A stretch of 64,000 nucleotides of DNA from an uncultured Actinomycetes bacterium (GTDB lineage Bacteria > Actinomycetota > Acidimicrobiia > Spongiisociales > ZC4RG35), in assembly GCA_963730285.1 (NCBI GenBank), contig CAVSQY010000008.1, positions 265,987 through 329,986 of the forward strand, given 5' to 3'. Each line of letters begins with the position of its first letter. Position 1 is the first letter of the stretch. The notes beneath the pieces are model-generated. The model was not told where the DNA came from and ran no database searches. It was given only the letters and a program-made list of their open reading frames with translations. Shown one piece after another: positions 10,951-18,912 of the stretch. The position numbers were made by a program, and so were the translations under genes.

Positions 10951-11615
10951 CGCGGGTTCCTTTCGAGTAGGGAAGACGCTTCGCCGGCCGGGCCTCTTTC
11001 ACCGGCCAGGTGGCCGACAGACCGAGCCGCATCGACAAATGTGCGCATCAACGCAGGGTCCTTCTCACCAGGGGCTCGCTCAATGCCGCTGCTGACATCG
11101 ACGCCGTAGGGACCGATCAGTCGCACCGCCTGAGCCACGTTGCCAGAATCGAGCCCGCCGGCCACGATCATCCGATCTCGCCCGGGGAGCGCGGCCAGCT
11201 GCCCCCAGTCCGAGCGCTCGCCGGTGCCGCCGCGCGCCGCCCTGTCGACCAAGGCCAGATGTCTGCCCGACCCAGCCAGCGACGCGCCGAATTCGTCGGC
11301 TAGTCCGGGGCCGGCCACGGCCACGGGGAGACGCGAGGCGACCGGCACGCCCTCGAGATAGGACAACTCTGCCTGCAGCAAATCAGGGACAACGGTGTCC
11401 ATGGTCTCGAAGAGCAGACGCCGACCTGGTTTGTGGAAGACCGCCACCCCCAGCACCTCATCAGGCAGCATGCGGATCAGGCGACTCGCGGTCGCGATAG
11501 ACACCTGCCGTGGAGAGTCGGTCATCACAAACCCCACCGCATCGGCACCGGCATCGATGGCGGCCACGACGTCCTCTTCCGAACGCAGACCGCACAACTT
11601 GACGAAAAGACTCAT
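10947..11615 (-). CDS. trpF: Phosphoribosylanthranilate isomerase
   Basis: MSLFVKLCGLRSEEDVVAAIDAGADAVGFV... TIM-barrel TrpF; internal ATG chosen because it overlaps the trpC stop (ATGA); the upstream part of the track ORF is an Arg/Gly-rich artefact frame. Confidence 0.85.
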   Translation of the reverse strand: MSLFVKLCGLRSEEDVVAAIDAGADAVGFVMTDSPRQVSIATASRLIRMLPDEVLGVAVFHKPGRRLLFETMDTVVPDLLQAELSYLEGVPVASRLPVAVAGPGLADEFGASLAGSGRHLALVDRAARGGTGERSDWGQLAALPGRDRMIVAGGLDSGNVAQAVRLIGPYGVDVSSGIERAPGEKDPALMRTFVDAARSVGHLAGERGPAGEASSLLERNPR

Positions 11616-12424
11616 GGGAACCTCACACCGGCTGCTGATCTCGCCTGACGAAGCATGTCGGAAACCATCCGGGCTGGATCGACGCTCCTCATCAGGGTGG
11701 TCCCGACCAGGGCCGCCCGATATCCCAATTCGGCAGCCCAGGCCGCATCCTCCGGGCCACCGATCGAAGACTCCGCCACGCCCGCCATTCCCTCGGGAAC
11801 CAGGGCGGCGAGCTCGCCCAATCGCTCGCGGGCGACGTCGAGTGTCTCCAAATCGCGGCAATTGACGCCGACCAGGACATTGGCATGATCGACGGCGACC
11901 TTGCCGATCACATCCAGGTCGGTGGCGTCAAATGCCTCGAGCAGGGTGAACATCTCGGTCTCGGCGGCCGCAGCCAGCATCTCGTCCAGGCCGGGTGCGC
12001 CCAGCATCCTGGCGATGAGGAGGACTCCGTCGGCCCCGGCAACTCTCGCCTGATAGACCTGATAGGGGTCTACCAGGAAGTCCTTGGCCAGGAGAGGGAT
12101 GTCGACCAGGGCTCGAGCCTCGGTGAGACTCGCCAAAGACCCGGCGAACTCGGTTGGCTCCGTGAGGATGGAGATCATCCCCGCTCCACCGGTCTGATAC
12201 GCGGTGACCACTTCTGCCAGGTCACGGGACGGAAGAACACCGACGGCGGGCGAGCGGGGCTTCAATTCGGCGATCAGGTCGAATACCTCCCCAAATCGCC
12301 CGATCGAGCGAGGTGGAGGAGCCGAGGCCGACTGCTCGCGAACCTGTGGGAGGGGGACCTCTCTCCTCGCCTCGTCGGCCCGCTGCCGGGACGACCGACC
12401 CATCTCGGTCAAAAAACCTCTCAT
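11612..12424 (-). CDS. trpC: Indole-3-glycerol phosphate synthase
   Basis: IGPS motifs (ELKPRSP, ISILTEPTEF, LLAKDF, GVNCRDL); ATGA overlap with trpD. Confidence 0.92.
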   Translation of the reverse strand: MRGFLTEMGRSSRQRADEARREVPLPQVREQSASAPPPRSIGRFGEVFDLIAELKPRSPAVGVLPSRDLAEVVTAYQTGGAGMISILTEPTEFAGSLASLTEARALVDIPLLAKDFLVDPYQVYQARVAGADGVLLIARMLGAPGLDEMLAAAAETEMFTLLEAFDATDLDVIGKVAVDHANVLVGVNCRDLETLDVARERLGELAALVPEGMAGVAESSIGGPEDAAWAAELGYRAALVGTTLMRSVDPARMVSDMLRQARSAAGVRFP

Positions 12425-13440
12425 CGGGGCCTCTCACCGGCGCCAAAGTCGGAAAGGCGACCTACGAGGTCATGCGCCTTGCCGGAGTCGATGGCATCGA
12501 TTGCCATCTCTACACCCGACGCGGCGTCCTCGGCTCGACCGGTGACCTCCAGCGCCAGAGAGGCGCCGAGGACCAGTGAATCACGGTGTGGGCCTTGCTC
12601 TCCCTCGAACACCTCGCGAAGCCGGCGGGCATTGTGTGCAGGGTCGGCCCCTTCAAGGTCCCCCGGCTCGCAACGTGGCATGCCCAGGTCCTGCGGTTCC
12701 CGGATGGTTCGCTCCACATTCCCGGAGGTGACGTCAAAGAGCAAGAACTCACCGATCGGTGTGGGCTCGTCCCATCCAGCCGAGCCATGGAGGACAAAGG
12801 CGCGCTCGATGTCTAGCCCGGCGAGTGCTCCCGCCATCAGCTCGGCCGCCGACGGGTCGAACGCCCCGATCACCAAGTAGCGCGGTCCGGCGGGGTTGGT
12901 GAGAGGCCCCAAGATGTTGAAGATCGTCCGGACACCAAGCGCCCTGCGGACTGGGCCTACGGCTGCCATAGCCGGGTGATAGTGGGGCGCGAACAGGAAG
13001 GTGAAGCCGGTCGCTCGGAAGAGGCGACGGGCCTGATCCTCGTCGAGCGGCATGGGAAGCCCGAGCTGCTCGAGAACGTCGGCACTTCCACTGTGACTCG
13101 TCATGGAGCGGTTGCCGTGCTTGACCACCGGGATGCCTGCGGCCGCGGCGAGCAGGGCAGAGCCTGTCGACAGGTTGAGGCTGCCCGAGCCGTCGCCGCC
13201 GGTGCCGACCACATCCACCGCACCGGTGACGTCCAACTCGGGATCCGTCGAGAGACCGCCCATCACCCGGGCGAACCCCTGCACCTCGTCCGGAGTCTCC
13301 CCTTTTGCCCGCAGGGCGGCCAGCAGGGCTCCCGCGTTGATCGGGTCGACCTCACCACCGGTGAGCTGGCGCAACAGATCCTCGGCCTCGGCCACGGTGA
13401 GATCGCCCCCGTTCAGCAGACGGTCGAGGACCTCCCTCAT
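12421..13440 (-). CDS. trpD: Anthranilate phosphoribosyltransferase
   Basis: GTGGDGSGSLN, KHGNRSMTSHSGSADVLE motifs; ATGA overlaps. Confidence 0.93.
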   Translation of the reverse strand: MREVLDRLLNGGDLTVAEAEDLLRQLTGGEVDPINAGALLAALRAKGETPDEVQGFARVMGGLSTDPELDVTGAVDVVGTGGDGSGSLNLSTGSALLAAAAGIPVVKHGNRSMTSHSGSADVLEQLGLPMPLDEDQARRLFRATGFTFLFAPHYHPAMAAVGPVRRALGVRTIFNILGPLTNPAGPRYLVIGAFDPSAAELMAGALAGLDIERAFVLHGSAGWDEPTPIGEFLLFDVTSGNVERTIREPQDLGMPRCEPGDLEGADPAHNARRLREVFEGEQGPHRDSLVLGASLALEVTGRAEDAASGVEMAIDAIDSGKAHDLVGRLSDFGAGERPR

Positions 13441-14018
13441 CGTGGCACTCCGAGATCGAGGAAATTGCGAAGCAAGAGGTCGCCGTGTGGTGTCAGGACG
13501 CTCTCGGGATGGAACTGGACCCCTTCGACGGGGAGCTCCCGATGCCTGACCCCCATGATGACACCGTCGGATGTGAATGCGGTCACCACCAACTCGGAGG
13601 GAAGGTCCTCTTCCTGGACGGCGAGGGAATGATATCTCCCCGCTTCGAAGGGGCTGGGAAGACCGGCGTAGATCGTGGCCGAGTCGTGATATACGGGTGA
13701 GGACTTCCCATGCCTCAGCTCCTCGGCATGATCGACCTTCCCGCCCAGGGCGGCCGCTATCGCCTGATGCCCGAGACAGACGCCCAGGATGGGAAGCTGC
13801 TCGAGCATGCCGGTGATCAGCTTGATCGATTCCCCGGCCGCCTCGGGGCGCCCCGGACCTGGGGAGATCACCAGGTGGGTGGGCTCCATATCTTGGGCCT
13901 CATCGAGACTGATGTGATCGTTGGTGCGAACGATGACCTCGGCACCCAGGATGCGGAGGGCCTGGACGACGTTGTAGGTGAAAGAGTCGTAATTGTCCAC
14001 GAGAAGGACCCGGCTCAT
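13437..14018 (-). CDS. trpG: Anthranilate synthase component II (glutamine amidotransferase)
   Basis: MSRVLLVDNYDSFTYNVVQ..., catalytic GVCLGHQ and HPES motifs; internal ATG overlaps the trpE stop (ATGA). Confidence 0.9.
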   Translation of the reverse strand: MSRVLLVDNYDSFTYNVVQALRILGAEVIVRTNDHISLDEAQDMEPTHLVISPGPGRPEAAGESIKLITGMLEQLPILGVCLGHQAIAAALGGKVDHAEELRHGKSSPVYHDSATIYAGLPSPFEAGRYHSLAVQEEDLPSELVVTAFTSDGVIMGVRHRELPVEGVQFHPESVLTPHGDLLLRNFLDLGVPR

Positions 14019-15391
14019 AGCCCGGCCGCCGCGGTGCTCAGGGCGCCACGCATGGCACCGGACTTGGAAAGCACTTCTTCCCACTCTGAGATAGGCACGC
14101 TGTCGGCCACTATGCCCGCTCCCGCCTGGAAGGAGTAGCGGCCCTCGGAGACGACGATGGTCCTGATGGCGATCGCCTGATCCATGGTGCCACCGTGACC
14201 GAAGTACCCGACCGTCCCCGCGTAGAGGCCGCGATCGACCGGCTCGAGCTCCTTCAATATCTCCAAAGCCCGGATCTTGGGTGCGCCCACGACGGTGCCG
14301 GCCGGGAAGGCGGCCGCAAACAGGTCGAAAGCATCAGCACCCGCTTCGAGGATTCCGCCGACACCACTCACCAGGTGGATGACATGGCTGTAGCGCTCGA
14401 TGGCTCGATAAGGATCGACCTTGATCGACCCGGGCACGGCCACCCTCCCCAAGTCGTTACGGGCCAGATCCACGAGCATCACGTGTTCCGCGGCTTCCTT
14501 GGCGTCGCCGAGCAGCTCGGCCTCCGCCCTCCTGTCACGATCTTCCTCGTTGGCCCTGGGCCTCGTCCCTGCGATGGGCCGAAGCTCGGCAGCGGTTCCG
14601 CGAAGCCTCACCAGTGCTTCCGGCGAGGAGCCGATCACCTTTCTGGACCCGAGATCACAGAAGTACATGTAGGGAGAGGGGTTGAGCAGCCGAAGGCCCC
14701 GGTAGACCGTGAACGGGTCGAGATCGGTCTCGCCGGTGAAGCGGACAGAGGGGACTATCTGGTACACGTCGCCTTCTCCGATGTGATACTTGGCCTTCTC
14801 CACCGCGGCCACGTATTCCCCTTTGGACAAGGAGGCGACCGGGTCACTGAAGCTCCCGGAGGACATGCCTCCGGACCGGCCGCTTGACAGAAGAGCCATC
14901 ACCTGCCGGCGGAGCTCGGAATGCTCGGAGTCTGTCCCGTCGTGGAGCAGCGCCGCCCTTCGACTCAGGTGATCGAACACGATCACACTCGAAGGCCCGT
15001 ACAACTCGATCTCCGGCGTGGGGCTCGCGGCGGCCGTCCGACCTGCCAGCCGGGCCGCGACCCCAAATCCGATCGCCCCCACCAAGCCCCCGTGGAATGG
15101 GATCACACTCGCCGCCGGGCCCGGCCTCGGCGCCAGAGCGAGAGTCTTGCGCAGTCCATCCATCAACCCGTCGATGGTTCCGTCCGTCTCGATCGTTGTG
15201 TTTCCGGCCGAGATCGACACGCCATCGCTGGCCACCTCGAGCCCATCGCCAAAGCCAATGAAGGAATACCGGCCGACCTGGTCGCCGTGCTCGACACTCT
15301 CGAGGAGGAAACGAGGGCCGAGAGGGCCGAGTTTGAGGTACACCGATGTCGGCGTGTCCAGGTCGGCCGGAATGTCGAATATGTCGTTCAT
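14015..15391 (-). CDS. trpE: Anthranilate synthase component I
   Basis: 458-aa chorismate-binding enzyme (LLESVEHGDQVGRYSFIGF..., GAGIVADSVP, GYFGHGG); first gene after the leader region. Confidence 0.93.
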   Translation of the reverse strand: MNDIFDIPADLDTPTSVYLKLGPLGPRFLLESVEHGDQVGRYSFIGFGDGLEVASDGVSISAGNTTIETDGTIDGLMDGLRKTLALAPRPGPAASVIPFHGGLVGAIGFGVAARLAGRTAAASPTPEIELYGPSSVIVFDHLSRRAALLHDGTDSEHSELRRQVMALLSSGRSGGMSSGSFSDPVASLSKGEYVAAVEKAKYHIGEGDVYQIVPSVRFTGETDLDPFTVYRGLRLLNPSPYMYFCDLGSRKVIGSSPEALVRLRGTAAELRPIAGTRPRANEEDRDRRAEAELLGDAKEAAEHVMLVDLARNDLGRVAVPGSIKVDPYRAIERYSHVIHLVSGVGGILEAGADAFDLFAAAFPAGTVVGAPKIRALEILKELEPVDRGLYAGTVGYFGHGGTMDQAIAIRTIVVSEGRYSFQAGAGIVADSVPISEWEEVLSKSGAMRGALSTAAAGL

Positions 15392-15427
15392 GGTCTTCCT
15401 CTATGACTCCGGAGACTGGATGGCATG

Positions 15428-15460
15428 AAAAAACCCATCTGCCGTCTCCGGAGATGGGTC
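15428..15460 (-). terminator. trp attenuator terminator hairpin with U6 tract
   Basis: mRNA 5'-ACCCAUCU-ccggagacggc-AGAUGGGU-UUUUUU-3' (8-bp stem then six U), 36 nt upstream of the trpE ATG. Confidence 0.75.
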
Positions 15461-15483
15461 TGTGTGGATCAGAGAGTTGAGAG

Positions 15484-15564
15484 CTATCCGACCGACGCCA
15501 CCTCCGGCGCGCGCCAGGCCCACAACCAGGTGTGGACGGTCGGCATCGTGGTCGGTCGGCTCAT
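15484..15564 (-). CDS. trpL: trp leader peptide (26 aa MSRPTTMPTVHTWLWAWRAPEVASVG, or 20 aa from the second ATG at 15546)
   Basis: Short ORF with three Trp codons in a 5-codon run (TGG TTG TGG GCC TGG) between promoter and terminator; the first ATG lies at the predicted transcription start (leaderless). Confidence 0.7.
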   Translation of the reverse strand: MSRPTTMPTVHTWLWAWRAPEVASVG

Positions 15565-15573
15565 GGAGCGGGA

Positions 15574-15602
15574 ACGGTAAGCAACATCGCCTCGGGAGTC
15601 AA
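15574..15602 (-). promoter_or_regulatory. Candidate sigma-A-type promoter of the trp leader (TTGACT-17nt-TACCGT)
   Basis: -35 TTGACT at 15602-15597 and -10 TACCGT (TAnnnT) at 15579-15574 with a 17-nt spacer; predicted TSS about 2-3 nt before the leader-peptide ATG. Confidence 0.45.
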
Positions 15603-15613
15603 GACCACAACTC

Positions 15614-16156
15614 TCAGCCCCCGACACGATTCATTCCGAGAAGGACTACCTCGACCTCCTTCGGGGCGATGGGCGGATAGAAGACCATCGTGTAGAGGTC
15701 GCACCGCTCACCAGGGGCCTCGTACCAACCCGCGACCCAGGTCCCGTCGGCGTGAGGGCCCACGGCCGCCCTGGTCCCATCGATGAGTATCTCCCCCTTC
15801 TCCCCGGGCCAATCAACGGGCGGGAGGGTGCCCCGGACCAAAGCTATCGCCACGGTGCCGTCGTTCCGCCCGAAGAGGACGGCGCTCGTCCCAGGGACCG
15901 ACGTCCAGACATCCGGCTCGACCTGATCGGGGTCCAGAGCCGTCTCTCCCACTCCGGTTGGGACCACATCTAGCTGATAGGGGGCAGTGGGGCATTCCAC
16001 CGGCGGCTCTGTGGTGGTGGTGGTTCCCAACGTCGGGCCGGTGGTGGTGGCAGACACAGTGGGCTCAGGGCCATCGGCTCCGCTGCCGCATGCCGCGATC
16101 AACAGCAGAAGGGCCGCCAGTGCCCACACCGCGGGATGGGTATGACGCGGACTCAT
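15614..16156 (-). CDS. Hypothetical lipoprotein
   Basis: Signal peptide with lipobox (AVWALAALLLLIAACGSG) then a Thr-rich linker; start ATG overlaps the stop of the upstream PQQ-repeat gene (ATGA); stop abuts the trp promoter. Confidence 0.65.
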   Translation of the reverse strand: MSPRHTHPAVWALAALLLLIAACGSGADGPEPTVSATTTGPTLGTTTTTEPPVECPTAPYQLDVVPTGVGETALDPDQVEPDVWTSVPGTSAVLFGRNDGTVAIALVRGTLPPVDWPGEKGEILIDGTRAAVGPHADGTWVAGWYEAPGERCDLYTMVFYPPIAPKEVEVVLLGMNRVGG

Positions 16157-17727
16157 CGCAGTGCCCGGATGTACCCGTCGCGAGAGCCGATGTAGATGCT
16201 GCCCTTCCAGATCGCAGGTGTCGATTCGAGACAGGCACCACCGAGGTTCAACGACCACAACTCGACTGGGTTTCGAGGATTGTCGAGCGAATAGGCCCTG
16301 ACGTCTCCACTACAAGTGGCGGTGACCAGTGTGCCGTCCACTATGGAGGGTGACGACCAGGAGTGGAATCCAACGTCGTCGCTCCAGAGCACGGCGCCGG
16401 TGTCGGCGTCGACGGCGATGAGCTGTCCTTGTTGGATATTGACATAGACGACACCCTCATAGAGGGCGGGTGTCGACCAGGATCCCGAGTCCGCGCTTCC
16501 CGAGGTGAGGTCCACGCCCCAGACACGCGGATCGTCTTCGGCATAGGGATTGAGCTTGATGAGCTGGCCGACCTCCAGATTGCGAGCTCGCTCCACCGAT
16601 CCCATCTGAGATGGCTCGTGTTCGATGGCGACATAGAGCATCCCACCCTCATCGACGGTCATCGTCGCGTCGATATCACCACCCGCGTAGTAGTCGAACA
16701 CGATCGGGGCCTCGCCATTGAGGACATTCGACACATCGAGGCCAACCACCCTCCCCCCCGAGTTGGTGAAGTAGACCCTCTGATCGAAGACGAGAACCGA
16801 GCTCTCGATTGACACGTTTCGACCCGACTTTGATATCAGCTCGTCGTTGTAGCCGGGCATCTCGACCAACGGGACCGGGTCGACGATCACCTTGCCATCG
16901 CTGTCGTATCCCCGGTTGAGCTTGATGGCGAAGAACCAACTGTTCTCTCCACCCTCGTACATGACATCGTCGACGATCGCGGGGTTGGAGTCCCAGTCGT
17001 TGTTCCAGATCCCGTTCACCTCACTGGCATCCATCGACCAGAGGACCGAGGGAGTTTCCCGGTCGAGGGCGAGTATTCGCAGCTTGTTGTCCCGCGACCC
17101 GGTGTACAGGAGCGGAAAACCATCCGGGTCGATCGTCACCGAGCCCTTGATGATGTCCCCGGTTTGGAACTTCGGCCTCAGATCGGCGCCGGTGTCGGCA
17201 TCCACGAAGTGCAGCGCCGCGTCATATGCCCCAAAGATCAGCTCGGTGACACCATCCGGGCGCTCCCACACCGCCGGCTGACCGGTCCACCCCATGCCGC
17301 ACCAGATACGCGATTCACCACCTTCGGACGATGAATGGCACATCTGGGAGTCGGGATATCGCCAGGCCACCGTGGGCGAATCGGGAACAGGCCCCATCCC
17401 GTAATAACTCCGGGTCGGATTGCCGCGAAACATGGTGAGCCCGACGGTCGTGCCCCACGGTTGGCCGATCGTGAAGGCGGGAACCGTGCCGGGAGCCCTC
17501 ACTTCGGGAGCGCTGGTGGATGTCGTGCCCGGCACCGTCGTGGTCGAGGTAGTGGACGACTCCGGCCCTTTTCCCTTGTTGTCGGCAGGCTTGGTGGTGG
17601 TCGGGCTCACTGGTGTGGTTATGTCGATGTTTCCCTTAGGTCCGCCTCCGGCGATGAAGAAAGCAGACACCCCGAGGACACATCCCCCGGCAACCACGGC
17701 AAGGATCTGGCCGGTCCGCTCCTTCAT
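16153..17727 (-). CDS. PQQ-like beta-propeller repeat protein, N-terminally membrane-anchored with Thr/Ser/Pro-rich linker
   Basis: N-terminal TM (ILAVVAGGCVLGVSAFFIAGG), low-complexity TTKPADNKGKGPESSTTSTTTVPGTTSTS linker, then repeated beta-propeller blades with recurring W/G motifs (VLWS..., GVVYV, GSIYIGSRDGYIRAL). Confidence 0.7.
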   Translation of the reverse strand: MKERTGQILAVVAGGCVLGVSAFFIAGGGPKGNIDITTPVSPTTTKPADNKGKGPESSTTSTTTVPGTTSTSAPEVRAPGTVPAFTIGQPWGTTVGLTMFRGNPTRSYYGMGPVPDSPTVAWRYPDSQMCHSSSEGGESRIWCGMGWTGQPAVWERPDGVTELIFGAYDAALHFVDADTGADLRPKFQTGDIIKGSVTIDPDGFPLLYTGSRDNKLRILALDRETPSVLWSMDASEVNGIWNNDWDSNPAIVDDVMYEGGENSWFFAIKLNRGYDSDGKVIVDPVPLVEMPGYNDELISKSGRNVSIESSVLVFDQRVYFTNSGGRVVGLDVSNVLNGEAPIVFDYYAGGDIDATMTVDEGGMLYVAIEHEPSQMGSVERARNLEVGQLIKLNPYAEDDPRVWGVDLTSGSADSGSWSTPALYEGVVYVNIQQGQLIAVDADTGAVLWSDDVGFHSWSSPSIVDGTLVTATCSGDVRAYSLDNPRNPVELWSLNLGGACLESTPAIWKGSIYIGSRDGYIRALR

Positions 17728-17739
17728 CGCCGACGCAAA

Positions 17740-18837
17740 TCAGGAAGGGGGCCCACAGGGGGGCTCGGCAGTGAGCACCGGATGTCCATGACTCTCGATG
17801 TAAGCCGGGATGAGACACGCATCGATGGATCCGTCCGGCGACACCACGACCCTGGCTACAGCGGTGGTCGCGCTGGGCTCGGACAGATGTGGCCAGACGA
17901 AGTTCGCCAGAGACCAGAACACCGGTGCCCCGTCGATAAAGTCGAGTGGTTGGAGACGATGAGAATGACCGCCGAAGATGATGTCGGCGCCGGCATCGAC
18001 CATCGCCTGGGCGCGCTCGACGTCATCGGCATCCGGGGTCGTGGCCAACTCATGACCCCAATGGACCACGACTACCACGAGATCCGCTACTTCGTCGGCC
18101 GCCTTGACCGCCTCGACCATGGACCCGGTGTCGTTGCCACTACGCATGCCGGGCGTGTCCTCGGTGGCATACCAGGACGGGTCGGGGGCGACACCGCCGA
18201 ATCCGACCACGGCAATCTTCCACCCGTTGACTTCGAACAAGGCAGGCTGGCCGGCCTCGTCAACATTTCGACCCGCCCCGACCGGGGCGACACCCGCTGC
18301 GATCAGACTGTCACGCCCGTCGACCAGGGCCTCCTTGCCAAAGTCACCCGAGTGGTTGTTGCCCATGTTGGCAACGTCTACTCCGTTGGCCGCCAGGGAG
18401 GGCAACGCTTCGGCAGGGCACCTGAAGACAAACGCCTTGTCCAACGGCTCGCCGATGTCGGATGGGGTGCATTCGAGGTTGATGATGGTCAGGTCGTCGT
18501 CGAGGAAGAAGCCATCGAGCCCCGACCAGGCATGATCCCATCCGTTCGTCGCCAGGGCGGGGATGTAATCGGGGTCGACCGCCACGTCACCGGTTCCCTG
18601 GATCACCAAGTAGCCCTTGGGTGGGATGGTTGTCGTGGTGGTGGTCGAAGTCGTCGTGGTCGAGGTCGAGGTGGTGGTCGAAGTACTCGTGGTCGCGGCA
18701 CCCCCGATGACCAATGACGTCGGGAAGGCGTCGGCGGTGCCATCGTTCAAACCCGACATGAGAAACAAGGTTGTGCCGAGCGCGGCACCACCGACCAACG
18801 TCAACAGGATCCGGAGGATTCGGGGCATGGGCTGCAA
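17740..18837 (-). CDS. CapA family protein (PGA_cap metallophosphatase-like), paralog of 4185-5282
   Basis: N-terminal TM, poly-Thr/Ser linker (TTSTSTTTSTSTTTTSTTTTTT), CapA-type motifs (DLTIINLE, VVVVVHWGHE, FGGHSHRLQP, SLANF); 12 nt upstream of the PQQ-repeat gene. Confidence 0.75.
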   Translation of the reverse strand: MQPMPRILRILLTLVGGAALGTTLFLMSGLNDGTADAFPTSLVIGGAATTSTSTTTSTSTTTTSTTTTTTIPPKGYLVIQGTGDVAVDPDYIPALATNGWDHAWSGLDGFFLDDDLTIINLECTPSDIGEPLDKAFVFRCPAEALPSLAANGVDVANMGNNHSGDFGKEALVDGRDSLIAAGVAPVGAGRNVDEAGQPALFEVNGWKIAVVGFGGVAPDPSWYATEDTPGMRSGNDTGSMVEAVKAADEVADLVVVVVHWGHELATTPDADDVERAQAMVDAGADIIFGGHSHRLQPLDFIDGAPVFWSLANFVWPHLSEPSATTAVARVVVSPDGSIDACLIPAYIESHGHPVLTAEPPCGPPS

Positions 18838-18912
18838 ATCAGGTTATCGGCCTCCACCCGATTATCGGCTGTGCTCATCCAGACATGGCGTAATCTCACG
18901 AGCTCGAGACCA

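Noticed and set aside
17335-18717. 460-aa plus-strand ORF antisense to the PQQ-propeller and CapA genes
   Set aside because: It has low-complexity Arg/Gly composition and no domain, and it is fully antisense to two genes with clear homology.
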